From Vezdaea acicularis (Eukaryota), in assembly GCA_026025075.1 (NCBI GenBank), contig JAPEUI010000007.1:124001-188000 (forward strand): a stretch of DNA of 64,000 nucleotides. Reading direction: 5' to 3'. Made by a program: the position numbers and the translations under genes. Below the pieces are notes generated by a model. The model was not told the DNA's origin, did not search any database, and saw only the letters and a list, made by a program, of their open reading frames with translations. Shown piece by piece: positions 11,846 through 25,236 of the stretch. The first letter of the stretch is position 1, and the number at the start of each line of letters is the position of its first letter.

Positions 11846-14333
11846 ATGGCGCCAGACGCGGAGAAAGCTGCACCGCCGTTATCAGACACCGCCTCCCGCC
11901 TTCCGTCACATGCAGGTACAGGAGCGACGCCCGTGGCGGACGGCAGCCATGAGAGTCATCTCGGGCTGATGCAGACGGAAAAGAAGGAGGAGGAAGAGCG
12001 GGGGATGTCTGGCGGCGCGGGCGCCCCGCTGAAGCCCGAGAGGTCGTATGAGCCGCTCCGGAAGGATGGCACGACGGCGGGGGAGCTCAGCAGGACGAGG
12101 AGCAAGGCGTCACGGCGGTCGTCGCGGCCGGGTGGGCTGTCGCATCACTCGTCGTACGGGGATGGGTTTGGCAACCTGGCCGTGAGCGACGAAGAGGCGG
12201 ATGGGAGAGCGAGGGGAGGGTCGGGTTCGTCGTCAGCCAAGGAGGAGCAGGAGGAGGAGGATGAAGGGGCGGCATTCGTGGTTGGTTGGGACGGTGAGGA
12301 CGATCCGATGAGCCCGCGCAATCTGCACAAGGCGCGGAAATGGACGGTTGTCATTATCGTTTCACTGGCCTCCGCTTGTGTGTACGTATCCCTACCTTCT
12401 CCCCTTTCCCACGGCGGGCGCAACGCTAGAGAATGGCAGCTGAGCGGTTTCACAGGACGTGCACATCTTCACTATATACATCGACGTATGATCAGATCAC
12501 GGTGGACTTTCACTGTTCCCGGATTGTGGCGACGCTGGGCCTGTCTCTGTTCGTCATCGGCCTGGGGTTAGGGCCCATGTTCCTGAGCCCTCTTTCTGAG
12601 GTACGTGTTTTCCTTGCGATTCATCTTGAGACCAGGGCGCACTCCGATGTCTTGCACGCCGAAGTATCAGCTCTGTTGTGGCGGATCTTCGGGGTCTTTC
12701 GGAGTACTCACCGGTACCATACTTGGACAAAATCTGGAGAACAAATCGTCCGACACCATGCTGACGAGAATCCAGTTCTATGGGCGTCGGCCCATCTATG
12801 TCACGTCCTTCGTTTTCTTCGTGATATGGCTCATCCCCTGCGCGGTGGCAAGGAACATCCAGACAATGCTCATCGCTCGCTTCCTCGATGGACTTGCCGG
12901 CAGTGCCTTCCTCAGCGTGGCGGGAGGAACCGTAGGCGACATGTTTTCGCGCAACGAGTTGCAGGGCCCTATGATGGTATTCTTGGAATCCGGTCTAAGT
13001 TCCGGCAGGGATGACGTGGCTGACTGCTCCTAGATCTATACCGCTTCTCCGTTCATTGGCCCAGAGGTATTGCTGAACACCCCGTGTCACCAGTGACCCT
13101 TGTAGCTCATCTTTCTCAGATAGGACCCCTTGTCGGCGGATTCATTAATCAGTACGCGAACTGGTGAGTAATGGGTATTCTTCCGCGGATGAAAGGATCA
13201 GCTAATCGTTAATCCTAGGCGATGGTCATTCTACGTGCTGATCATCTGGTCGGGTGCGATGCTTGCAGCTCTTATCCTCTTCGTACCCGAGACGTACCAC
13301 CCAGTCCTTCTGAAGAAAAAGGCTCAAAAGCTAAGGCAGGAGACTGGCGACGAGCGGTGGACTTGCCACCTGGAAAAAACCGATCGTACCATATCTCAGA
13401 GCATCATCTGGAGTCTCATCCGACCGTTCCAGCTCCTACTACTCGAACCCATGTGTCTTAACCTCTGCCTGTTTAGTGCTCTGCTTCTCGGTATTGTATA
13501 CCTGTTCTTTGGAGCCATTCCATTGGTCTTGACCACAAACCATGACTTCAGCTTGCACGAAGTCGGGCTTGCCTTCTTGGGTCTATTCGTCGGTATGCTG
13601 GTAGGGATCATGACCGACCCTTACTGGCACAGCAATTATCAGCGTCTTGTACGTAACAGGGAAGCTGCTGGGGGGGAGAGTGGGGGAAGTGAACCTGAAT
13701 ACCGCCTCCCTCCGGCGATTGCGGGAGCGGTGCTCGTAACGATAGGACTGTTCTGGTTCGCGTGGACCACTTATCGCTCGGTGCACTGGATTTTGCCTAT
13801 AATTGGTAGTGGCATATTTGGCATGGGGTGAGTGATCTCTGTCTGTCGCTGCTGCTGCTGCTGCCCAGGAAACTTGTACCTGACTAGTGTCGAGCAGAAC
13901 GTTGCTCGTTTTCTCAGGCGTCTTCACCTTCCTTGTCGACGCGTATCCGCTATATGCAGCAAGTGCATTAGCAGCCAACAGCTTCGCCCGAAGCAGCTTT
14001 GCAGCGGCTTTCCCCTTGTTTGGCGTTCAGAGTGAGTCCTGTCTCACCCTCCTGGTGGCTTGGGAGCGCCCACCGCGCGACGCAAGAGCCCTTGAATTTA
14101 TAACGTTGTGTGCCCGCTAACGGAAAGCGGCAGTGTATAAAAAGTTGGGATACCAATGGGCCACCTCCCTCCTGGCATTCTTGACATTGCTCATGTTGCC
14201 GTTCCCGTAAGTCCGCCCTGCATGTTGACGGCCCTTTGTGCCACAACCGTGCTCTGACCGCCTTTGCAGATACCTCTTTTTCGTATATGGGAAACGAATT
14301 CGCGGAACAAGTAGGTTTGCCAAGGAGAGATGA
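11846..14333 (+). CDS. MFS drug:H+ antiporter (DHA1 family)
   Basis: WDGEDDPMSPRN, GPMFLSPLSE|FYGRRPIY, RFLDGLAGSAFLSVAGGTVGDMF, VPETYHPVLL, PEYRL, YAASALAANSFARS, YGKRIR...RFAKER*. Many short GT-AG introns. Confidence 0.9.
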
Positions 14334-16680
14334 GGATTTTTGTAGATAGGAGTCAAATGAGCACAACCCTGGCATAGGATTCTTGCTTTCCGACCGATGA
14401 GCATTGCGAATTCTCATGGGGTTGATAGTTTTGAAGTAACATGGTTCGCTGATGCGTTGTCGCGAGAAGAGAAAAGGATATTTCGACAGCCCCCTGCCCG
14501 CGCGCTACGTGCCTGATCCAAGTCGTGGCGAGTGCTCAAGGAGAGACATGCGATAACGATACCGTAACCTGGTCCTGATTCAAAAACGGTCAGTTGTTTC
14601 GCTGACAATGGGAGCCGAACTCCTTGCTGCCCCCGTGCATCTCCCACATGTGGTAGTTCTCTCATTTCGCCTCTCTTCTCATCCCTTGAACGTTGGTGAT
14701 GGCATAACCGTATGCATCTCGGGGGCAGCAGACAAGGGCATCTGTTGCGCACATGTGATGACGGCCATTGCAAACTTACAGCCAGCCAGCCGATCGTATC
14801 GTCCAGTAATGCACCGCCCGCTATCGTGCTCCAATTGCGCATCATCGCGAAGGGCACGCTCGGGCGGGCCGTTGATCATCCGCAGCTGCAGGATCACTGG
14901 TGGTGTAGCTTTTTCGGCAACTCGGGGCTCTGACGGAACCAAAGACTGCGCTCTCCAGGATCGTACGCGGTAGTGGAGAACGCAGTTGACGGCGAGGACC
15001 GCTTTGGGTTGATTCATTGGAGCTGGGGCGAGACGGGGTGTCTGATTCCAGATAGCAAACGTACCGATTCGTCACCGAGCCCTGGACACACTCCCATGCT
15101 CGAGGGGAGTACCCGCCGCCATGTGCGACCCATTGCGATTCGGTTTGCCTCGGCGCCTGTCAGTTCGCCCCCAATCTTCGACCCAAGGTTTCTGGCTTCC
15201 GGTCCGCCAATTTGCCTCCCAGCTTGCCTCAAGCGTTTCTCGTTATGTGGGTTGCGTGTCTTGCGTGGATCCTCATCCTCCAGCCGGAGGCGGTGGAGGA
15301 ATGGAGAGGCAATTGGGCGAGTGCCGTGGCCACCATTTGGTGGCTGGCTTAGCTGTCTCTCTCACCACCAGCATGCGCATGCAAGGTGCATCCTGGAGCT
15401 TGTCGAGTGTAGCTCGATCGACCTATCGTGGAAGCCAGAGCCGATCCGGGCCTTGGTGGCCTTTTCTGCACAAACGCTGAGAACCTGGTTTGTCGTGACG
15501 GAGGTTGAGGGGTGAGGGTGGAGGTGAGGGGCAGGGTTAGAGACCTTCGTTCGGCACGTCAGGCCCTCGCACCGATCCCGCAGAGTTTGGTAATCTCGAG
15601 GCTTGTCCATGTCGCTTCTCTTTCCCCACCATGCACTTCGAATCTTCACCACTTTGACCATCTCCCCTTGTGATCGATCTCGATGATAATCTTTGCCGGG
15701 ACTAATCCCTGACTTATTCCAATTTCCTGGTACGCAAACTTTTCACCTTTTGGCCCCCCTGAGGCGTGCGTTCCTTTGCTTTGATCATCATTGCGACTGT
15801 GGATGGCGCGCCCCTCCCCTCCATGCTCATTGCCCCAGCTGTTTCTAGCCCAGTATCTTGACTGAAGGTGCTTGCGAGAAGTCGGTTTAGGAATAGCCAC
15901 ATCGACGGCGGATCTTGCCGTCCTTCAAAGCACCATACCTCGCCCATTCGTCGCAAGAGCCACCGATCGATCGAGGTTATCTGCGCTTGGTCTTCGTTGC
16001 CTTCCATCTCGCATCCCCGGACGGCCTGACCTATCCGGTCATTGGCTGTCAGTGGACGGTACCGTAGATCGTCTAGGAAGATCGACTCAAGCCTATCGCA
16101 GCACTCCAAGAGATCCTTGACCCCGCCGCAAAACACCGCGAGACCTAGTCTTCCAACAATACCAACATACGAAAAAAAAAACAATCTCCACCTGCCCACC
16201 GCCATAGTCGCACATCTCTTTACTTCATTTGATCAGCCGAGCTGAAGCTCGATCTGTATCCCAGCAGCCTCCATCTTGCGGTTCCTCCATTCGGTCGAAA
16301 TCTCCGAGGAACAGTGCCGTTCCAGCCAACATCACTTCATAATAGCCGCGTACTTGCGGCAAGCCGAGTCGCACTGCATCGCCGCTCAGAACGCCAACGC
16401 CGCGTGATCTAATCGACGAGCGAACGAGCGGCCGAGACAGCATCAGCAGGTGGTGCGACTGTCTTGCAGGCGATACTCGATTCGGGCAGACTCATGCGAC
16501 TTGCGCTGACCCTGTACAAGCCAAAGACAGCCGGGTACTGGATGCTCGCAGGAACGTGGGTCGGAGCGGCTGCAGCTTTCCCCTAGCTGCTTAAACGACT
16601 GGTGAATCGCTGCACAGGCCACGGAGCGAGCGGAGAGTCGGCGGGAGAGCTGGTCTTCCTTCAAGTACCGTGCACATACC

Positions 16681-18979
16681 ATGCCCTCAGACGAAGACCC
16701 CGAGAATGTGTCTGTTTCGAGTGTGGAAGACGATGCCGATGTGAATGAGATGACAGACCACCATGACGATGGCTCGGATAGCGCTGAACGTGCGACTGCT
16801 CAAGGCAATGGTAGCGCCTCCAAGCTCTCGAAGATGAAGGACCCTCTCAGGCCGCGGCGGAAGAAAGCTAGGAGGGCCTGTTTTGCGTGCCAAAGGGCAC
16901 ATCTGACGTGTGGTGAGTAGCCAGCCATCAACCAGTTATTTTACCCATTGGTTACACATACAGCATCATGGTCCTGAATCTGACGGCTCATATTGACGTT
17001 GCATGACTCGTTGGACGAGATCGGCTGATCATTTGTGTTGACCTTAGGGGATGAGAGGCCATGCCAGCGCTGTATCAAACGTGGCCTTCAAGACGGATGT
17101 CAGGATGGAGTTCGTAAGAAGGCAAAATATCTCCGCGATGCGCCGGATGAGAAACTCCTCCCCGGAGCCGCAAGCCATTACTCCCGGGGCGGTATGCCTG
17201 GCGGCATGGTCCCTCATGGAAGAGATCTTGATCCAGACGAAGCTACCGGGCCGCTTCAACGGAACTATTTCGCCCAGAATCAGTCGATGACTCCGGCGTA
17301 TAGCATGAGTGCGCGGCGGCAAATGCCTCCACCCATCCAGGATCTGCCACAATTCTCGAACCGACCATCCCCAATATCTCCAACACTGTACTCAAACCAA
17401 AGCAAACAGTCAACGCCAATCCAGGCTTTCGTAGGCAATGTCCCACAATCGCCTTCAGGAGCTCCATCGGTGGGCATGAATCCGTTCGTCAGTCCGGGTT
17501 ATGAGGGTGATCCAGGTTGGACCCCTTTTGATCTCGCCGGCCTCAACTTTGTCAATCATTACGGGGCCCTGGAGTTCGGAATGCTAGGGCATATGTCATC
17601 TGGTGCTGCAGAGACCCCACCTGAGAACGCGAATGTTCCGATGGGTTTTGGAGGTCCCGACTTTTCTGCATCTAACCCGTCATTCAGCCAAACAGCGAGC
17701 AGTGGGCCAAGCTCGATGTATGGACAAGACTCGATGATGGACTGGCAAGGCTCGCAGGGCCAGCCACCACCTGGGGCGAATGCGATGTTCAACAAGATTG
17801 GCCAGCACATGCCGCATGCGTTCACAATTGGGACCGGGGGCACACCTTATACAAGTCCTAGCTCAGGTTCAAGTCCGCAGCAGGGTCTCGTGTCAGGCTA
17901 TGAAGGGAGCCCGATGAACTCGACTTTCTATGGGAACCCCCCTAACCAAAAACAACCTGCGGGGAACCGCGCACGTGTCGCGCAACGCAGCAGAGCGACG
18001 CCGCCAGCTCCCTTTACCCAGCCTGTACAAGGCAAACGCTCACGCCACCCTAATATCTATGAGACCGTGAAACAGCCTTATCCTTATACCAACGGCTTCC
18101 ATGGGCTGACGGCATGTATCCAGCGGCGGTTCTCTCCCCAGAAGACCCTGCGCATAGCAAAGTCTCTCGCATCCATACGTCCCTCCTTCATCGCCTGCAC
18201 GAAGACGCTCAACCGCGAGGATCTTATCTTTATGGAAAAGTGCTTTCAACGCACCCTGATGGAATACGAGGATTTCATCAATGCCTGTGGAACTCCTACG
18301 ATCGTGTGCCGTCGCACCGGCGAGATCGCCGCGGTGGGGAAGGAGTTCAGTATCCTGACCGGATGGAGGAAAGACGTCTTGCTCGGCCGTGAGCCGAACA
18401 TGAATATCAACACCGGCGGGTCGCCAGGGCTGTTATCGCGGCCTGGCCTAAGCACACCTGGCCGCGTCCTCCAGCCCGAAGCCAGCGACGCCTCGTCCAG
18501 ACCACAACCCGTCTTCCTCGCCGACCTCCTCGACGACGACAGCGTGATTGAGTTCTACGAAGACTTTGCCAAGCTCGCCTTTGGCGACTCGCGCGGCAGC
18601 GTGACGACGCGCTGCAAGCTGCTCAAATACCGTGCGAAGGAGGATAAGGTGCTCAAGACGGAGGACGGCGCCGTCATCGAAATGCCGCACCATGACTTTA
18701 AGCCGCACCATCGCATTGTCAGTGGCAAGAGCAAGGCGAGCGTCTCGGAAGGCGAGGCCGGCATGACGGGCCTGGGCGCGCGCGATGGGAAGGTCGAGTG
18801 TAGCTACTGCTGGACTGTTAAGCGGGATGTGTTTGATATCCCGATGCTGATCGTCATGAATGTAAGTGTCCTCAGTCTTTTTCCCCAGCCGTTGCTCTCT
18901 CTCGATAGCACAGGACGCTTTCTACTTCCCCTATTTTATCGTCTTGACTAACGCTCCATAGTTCCTACCCTGTATCTAA
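16681..18979 (+). CDS. acuK: Zn(2)-Cys(6) transcriptional activator of gluconeogenesis with C-terminal PAS-like domain (AcuK/Ert1)
   Basis: [38 protein letters not shown]-terminal IRPSFIA...[13 protein letters not shown]...[23 protein letters not shown]. Introns about 16913-17048 and 18862-18961. Confidence 0.88.
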
Positions 18980-19487
18980 CGAAACTGGATACCCATTACA
19001 AACCAGCTACCCCGCTGTTAACGATCTGCATCTCTCCATCGGGCGGTCCTTACGAACCCTGAAAATTTGCCGGCGTTCTCCCTTCCCCCCCCTACGTGCA
19101 TTTTTCTCTCTTTGTAACTCCATAGCGAATCTAATTGCGAAAAAAAGAAAATGTATATGACTGGAGCATTCGGCGCCTTTCCCCGCATGACAAAAACTTC
19201 CAGTCTTCGAATTTTGTTTAATATCTTGGGACCTTTTGGACAGGAGATGAGAAAAATGATGAATGTTTCACTTGCCGAACCGCCCCCTTGGATTTATGAC
19301 AGCGCGCTTGTAAGATGTTTTTCTGACGATGTGGGGGGGGGGGTGTTTCTTATGGTCATGTATAGTCATAACAGAGTCCCAGCCGTCCTTTCGAAGCTGT
19401 GCAAACCTTGTTTTGTGTAAACATGATTACTCTAAGGTATTGATAACATCTACCTCCCCCCCCCCCTTCTCCCCAATCCCCCGCCTT

Positions 19488-20162
19488 CTACCCCTTCCCC
19501 GCCCCAAAATCCAACAACCACGCCCCCTCCTCCTCCGTCCTGAGCTTCGCATACGCCTCCCTCGCCAAACTCCCGCGCGCAACCTCGATATCCGTCATGA
19601 TGTCCGCGACGAGGGCCTCTTTGCTCACGTAATCGTACTCTGGCCGGATGAAGCCGAGGATGAGCAGGTTGAGGCGGGCGCCGTAGAAATCGTGGGGGAA
19701 GAAGTGGAGGAGGTGCACTTCAACGCTGCGTTTGCTGTTGCGGTAGTACGGGTTCCAGCCGATGGACATTACCATGGGGTAGATGGTGCCTTTTGAGAGG
19801 GCGGGGTAGGGGGGCTTGTGGTTGTTGTTCTTTTCTGTTGACTGTGCTGTTGATGCAGGGACGGTCTTCTCCTCCCCTTCCTCCTCCCCCTTCTCTTGCT
19901 CCTGTGACGGAGCGGGAGCAGGCGCAGGAGCAGGAGCAGTGTCTTCGAGCCCCGCCCACCCGTAGTATACCCCCGACTCGACGTCTTCGTGTCCGCCTAC
20001 GCTCAGCCCCTCGATGGGGATGTTGGCGGTCGGGATGCCGAGTTCTTTCGAGCCCCGCCCGAAGCCGGATATCACCTTGCCGGAGACTCGGAGGGGGAAG
20101 GGCGCGATGGGCCCGCTGTCGGGCCCGACTACTAGAGGGCGTGGGAGCTCGTTGGGGCGCAT
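19488..20162 (-). CDS. FMN1: Riboflavin kinase
   Basis: [57 protein letters not shown]. Probable start MRPNELPRP at 20162; intronless. Confidence 0.92.
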   Translation of the reverse strand: MRPNELPRPLVVGPDSGPIAPFPLRVSGKVISGFGRGSKELGIPTANIPIEGLSVGGHEDVESGVYYGWAGLEDTAPAPAPAPAPSQEQEKGEEEGEEKTVPASTAQSTEKNNNHKPPYPALSKGTIYPMVMSIGWNPYYRNSKRSVEVHLLHFFPHDFYGARLNLLILGFIRPEYDYVSKEALVADIMTDIEVARGSLAREAYAKLRTEEEGAWLLDFGAGKG

Positions 20163-21628
20163 GGTGGTGAGATTGTGTGGAAGGGTTTGTTCTGCTGCTG
20201 CTGCTTTTGGATGAAACTGCAAGGGCGGATGCGAGGGCGAAGGAAGGATCTGCTGTCGATGGCGCAAGTGCTGGGAGGTGCACAATCGTGCGTTTGTATG
20301 CGGCGCCGATCTATGGGGAGGAACGAGAGGGGTAGTGGTGGTGGTTGTGAGGCGTGCGAGTGGGATGATGATGGGGGGGAATTGCGGTTCTTGCTTGCCG
20401 CTCGATTGATAGAGTGATTGCTCAGGCACGCTGCACAGGCACGCAGCAGATAATGTCGGCTGTGCGTTTAGATGAAGTGAGGTCGTCGACGACGCACAGG
20501 AGCGGATGTCGCGTTCAAGAGCCGTGTTACTGTACGACAGCTACATGCGTTTTCTGTCCGTCAGACGCACGTATCGCCCCTCGCACCGAATCGGGGGCTG
20601 CGTCGTGCGTGACTTCACCACTCTCATCATCACAACGCCACCCACCGATCTACCGTACAGCATCGCGCATGACAGCTCCCCCGCATTGGGGAGTTCCTCC
20701 ACGACTCCAATAAATCCGTCCTAGAACTCCGACCTCTGTCAAATGCATCTGCGAATCCTGCTCCACCTCAACAATATCGAATCAGCGTCGTCCGGCCGGT
20801 ACGCGATCGATCGTCCACGGGCGTCCCCCCGGGGCCTAGCGCCGGGAAAGATCTCGCTACCGCTCCTCCCCCGTAGCGATAGGTCGTCGCGCCCCAGTCA
20901 GGCCTTAGTGGGGCTCCAGCTGCCCGCGTCGCAACCCCCCTGCAGGCGGGCGCCCAGCCACTGTTGCGAGTGTCTCGCCAGTCGCTATGTCAACCACCGC
21001 AATTTGGTCCGCGCAAAAGGCTGGGGGCCCGTGGAGTAGAAAGACGGCGCTGCAGGAAAAAGCTTTTTTTCTTCTGCTGCATCATATTTTGCACATGCTC
21101 TGGATCATCTTTTGATTGTTCCTGACAATTGAAGCCTGTATGTTTTGACGGCTGCTGAAGCTGCGAAGAAACATTAAAGTACACGGACCCCGCGTGTACA
21201 CCGGAAAGCAAAGAGCCTGGTCAGTGCGGTGCCATTCCAAATCCTTCACGCGCATACGCATCGCTCGCAGCCTTGTTAACGCGGTCTCTTCCCAGATCGA
21301 CGTCTTCATCAGCTCTTCACGGCTCTACCAATATCATCATCGTCACCATCTTGTTACTATTATTATCAACCCCGAAGGAAGAGTCTCGCTATACGGCCTA
21401 TCCATCCTCAGCTCCTCCTGCCACCTCGAAACAGCTATTCCTATTAGCTATTCCTATCAAGCATCAACCCCATCCCAATTCACATCACCAATACGTCCAT
21501 TACTGTCTGCAGGACCTCGCTCTCACCTCCATTACCAGTACCACAACCACCACCACTCTCCCCACCATCCCTCCATCACCTCTCCTCTCACCTCCTCATT
21601 TCAAAAACATCACACTCAACACGCAAAG

Positions 21629-21772
21629 ATGGTCCAACGCAACGTCGCCATAGCCATCATCATCATCATCCTCTTCCTCATCCTGACCCTCGTCGGCTAC
21701 CTCATCTACGGCGCCATGAACGGTTTCGGCGGCCTGAGGAGGCGGAGAGAGCTGGAAGATGAGGAACCTTAG
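21629..21772 (+). CDS. Putative 47-aa single-pass membrane micropeptide
   Basis: AAAGATGG start context. MVQRNVAIAIIIIILFLILTLVGYLIYGAMNGFGGLRRRRELEDEEP: one hydrophobic helix then RRRR. C-ending codon bias like neighbouring genes. Confidence 0.5.
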   Translation: MVQRNVAIAIIIIILFLILTLVGYLIYGAMNGFGGLRRRRELEDEEP

Positions 21773-22472
21773 CATTGGTTCTGCTACTCTATGAGCTCAG
21801 TCAAGAAAGAATAAAGAGAGAAAACAGGAGCCAAGAATAAAGCGCATCTGGGAAGGATTGTAAATATATCGATGTCGTAGGGAATCAGTCCTAAAAAGAA
21901 GGGGAGAAGAGCTCGATAGTATTCAATACGAACATCAGTCTACGGCAGGTTGGGGGCTCGTAAACAGCCCACACATCGCAGCAAATGCAAAAAGGAGGCT
22001 CATGCGATAACAGTCGCACCCACCACGCCTCGTCAGTCTGGACGAAAAAGGGGTTTATTGGTTTGGAGGGGGAAAGCCATCGCTTTTCCCCCCAGGTTCG
22101 GAGGTGGTCATCTATCGTCATCATATACCCTGCATATATATATCTCTCTCGCCCCCTTTCGTGGCGCATCAGATTTGTCGTCCCTCGCATCTACCGGTTG
22201 TTGTTTTTATTATCCCCCCTTCTGTTCATCGGGGTTCACGAATCTACTTCGTCTGTTGGGCCGTAGCTTTTGGTTAGTTACGGCATGGTATGGTGATGTA
22301 CGCGATGTCGTCATGGGATCGGGGGTCTTGTATATACGGTTATTGAGAATAGAAGATAGATAGATAGTTGGTTAGTTAATGTATATATCCATCTACCTAT
22401 CCATCTATGCAACAATCAATCTCTCCCCTCCCCTCACTCTTCCCCTTCTCCCGGGGATATTAAGAAACCCAT

Positions 22473-23707
22473 CTACCCCCCCGACGAGCTACCATCCCAC
22501 ATCTGCCTCACATTAAGATTCACGCGTCTCCCGCCCATCCAACCCTTCCACGCCTCGAAGCGCTGTTCTTCATCCGCATCAAGGCCATCCGCAGATAATC
22601 CCCCGCCGGGCCACTCCGCCATCCACGCCGGACACGTCCCGCCCACGATCTTGGCGACGCCGTGCCATGCATAGCGCGACGCGGCGGACATGTAGACTGC
22701 GTCGCCGGAGCGCAGGCGGAGGGTTGCGTGGGGGTTGGGGGTGAGGTCGTTGGTCTCGTCTACCTCTGCGGCCTCGTCTGGGGCATTTGCGGTGGGAGAG
22801 GGGAGAGGATCGGGACCAATGACGAAGATGCAGTCGCAGCCGAGACTCAGACTGATGAGGCCGGCGGGGGAGGCTTCGCTGAGGTCGCGGTGGAGGCTTA
22901 GGGTGTGGCCTGGTGAGTAGATGTTGATGATTGCGGCGTGGGGGGTTGTTTGCGGGAAGAGGGAATTTAGGAGGGCGGCGAGGTCGGGGGGAAAGGAGGG
23001 AGTGTTGGGAGCATTGGGATAGGTTTTGCTGGTCCAGTCGTATTGCGCGCCGAGGGTTATCCATCGGAGTTTTTTGTGGAGGAAAGAGGTGATGGGGAGG
23101 GGGTTGTGGGTGGACGGGTTCAGGGGGGTGAGGGGAGGAGAGGTTGGAGAGAGTGTGAAGAAGGAGGTGGGGGTGCTGTTGGAGGTGTGGAAGGTGGGTG
23201 ACGGAGGGGGGAGCTGGTGGTGGAGGTGGATGTTTGTACGGTGGGAGGGGGAGGAGGCGTCCCGGTGGAGGAGGCGGTTGAGCAGTGTGAGTTGCGTTGA
23301 GGGGGGCAGGAGGGAGGGGATGAGTATGAGGCCTGTGAGACAAAAATTTAGCGGTCTGGTCTGGAGTTGTGCTGGTATTGTGGTGGAGGGGGGGGGGGGG
23401 GGCAAATACCTGGGACGCTGTCGACGTGGAGGATAGGCCGGTCGTAGTCTTCAGTTTCTGGCAGCGATAGCGACCTTGCAAGTTCATTGCCCTCAAAACG
23501 AGCACAGATCGAAGCTAGCTCTGCAGAGTTGACGGTGCCAATCTGCGATATACCATGCCGGCTCTCAAGGTCGAGGCCGTTCTTGAGATCAATGATATCC
23601 GCATCTCCGTCAAGTTGGTCGACCGCTGCACTTTGATATCGTTTGAAGATCTGCCGTAGACCTGGAGGTGGCGCTGCATGTGCGTCCAGGCCGGTGTGAA
23701 GTGGCAT
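22473..23707 (-). CDS. AlkB-family 2OG-Fe(II) dioxygenase (ALKBH1/Abh1-like)
   Basis: KLRWITLGAQYDW, AAIINIYSPGHTLSLHRD (HxD), LISLSLG, LRSGDAVYM, AWHGV, RVNLNVRQ. Exons 23707-23410 and 23332-22473. Confidence 0.88.
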
Positions 23708-24130
23708 GGTAATGTCCAGGACGGAAGAGATTTGATTTCGACATCTTCGTTGGCGGGGCTAGACATGAAGAAGCTTGAAGAAGCTTGATTGGAAGAGAGC
23801 GAGTGTTTGCTCGACTCTGAAATGCGCGAAGCGACTAAAGCAGTTTGCCTTGTTTGAGCGAATCTGAGACGAGACATCTTGTTTACACCCCTCGACTGCC
23901 AGCACGACGAAGAAACACTCGTTCACCACGACCACCTTGACCCACCTCGGACAACTACGACGTGCCCAAGTGAAGACTATTGCTAGGCATCCAGCTCCTA
24001 TCGTGAGGACTGCATCTCAAGGTCCCGCTCATCCTCGAGCTCGGCGGCTTCTGTTCTGTTGACCCCCACTAGTAGGGTTTCCTCCAGATCTTAGCAGAGA
24101 TCCCGCCCCTACGCGAAAGCAATTGCAGCC

Positions 24131-25236
24131 ATGGAAAATTACCAGAAGATTGAAAAGATCGGAGAAGGTATGCACATATTCATTAAGGCCTTCCCGAGTA
24201 CCCTCCCATGTCTGAGCTATTTGCTAAACGCCTGGGGGAACCAGGTACCTACGGTGTCGTCTACAAAGCCCGCGACCTCACGCATCCAAGCCGCATCGTT
24301 GCTCTGAAGAAGATCCGACTCGAAGCCGAAGATGAAGGCGTTCCCAGCACAGCCATTCGGGAGATTTCCCTGCTCAAGGAATTGAACGATCCTACCATCG
24401 TCCAGCTTCTCAACATCGTCCACGCCGACGGACATAAGCTCTACCTTGTCTTCGAATTCCTCGATCTCGACCTCAAGAAATACATGGAGTCTCTCCCCAT
24501 AAGCGACGGTGGCAGGGGTAAACCATTGCCCGAGGGCTCAGGCCCCGAGCTTGGTAAGATGGGGCTTGGAGACAAGATGGTCAAGAAATTCATGGCTCAG
24601 CTCGTCGAAGGGGTGCGATACTGCCACAGCCATCGGATCCTCCACCGCGACCTCAAACCCCAGAATCTACTCATCTCGGCAGAGGGCAATCTCAAGCTCG
24701 CGGATTTCGGTCTTGCGAGGGCGTTCGGCGTCCCATTGAGAACGTATACACATGAGGTCGTCACCCTCTGGTACCGGTCACCGGAGATCCTCCTCGGAGG
24801 CCGTCAATATTCTACGGGGGTGGACATGTGGTCTGTGGGCTGTATTTTCGCGGAGATGAGCACTCGAAAGCCATTGTTTCCGGGCGACTCTGAGATTGAC
24901 GAGATCTTCAAGATCTTCAGGTAGGCAACCCACTGGGGTTCCGCACATCTACAGCATTCTAATTCGTCTTACAGAATCCTGGGCACCCCTGACGAGGATA
25001 ACTGGGCGGGCGTGACCAGCTTCCCTGACTTCAAACCCTCGTTCCCCAAATGGAGCCGACAGGACGTCGCATCGCTCGTACCCGATATGAACGACGCCGC
25101 TCTCGATCTTCTAGATGGCCTCCTTGTCTATGATCCTGCGGGGCGGATCTCGGCCAAGCAAGCTTGCGTCCACGACTACTTCGAAGGCGGCTCGGCGGTT
25201 TGGTCCGGACGAGCGAACAAAAACGGATTCCATTGA
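24131..25236 (+). CDS. CDC28: Cyclin-dependent kinase 1 (Cdc2/Cdc28/NimX)
   Basis: [82 protein letters not shown]. Exons 24131-24167, 24246-24920, 24975-25236. Confidence 0.97.

Noticed and set aside
14400..16450. Many overlapping 60-180 aa ORFs
   Set aside because: No family motifs or codon bias; expected by chance in GC-rich intergenic DNA.
22351..22410. (GATA)n facing (TATC)n as a hairpin terminator
   Set aside because: Degenerate microsatellites on opposite strands of converging 3' ends explain it; pairing is weak.
22579..23505. 308-aa alternative-frame ORF overlapping AlkB
   Set aside because: Pro/His-rich by-product of extreme C skew; the AlkB motifs are in the other frame.
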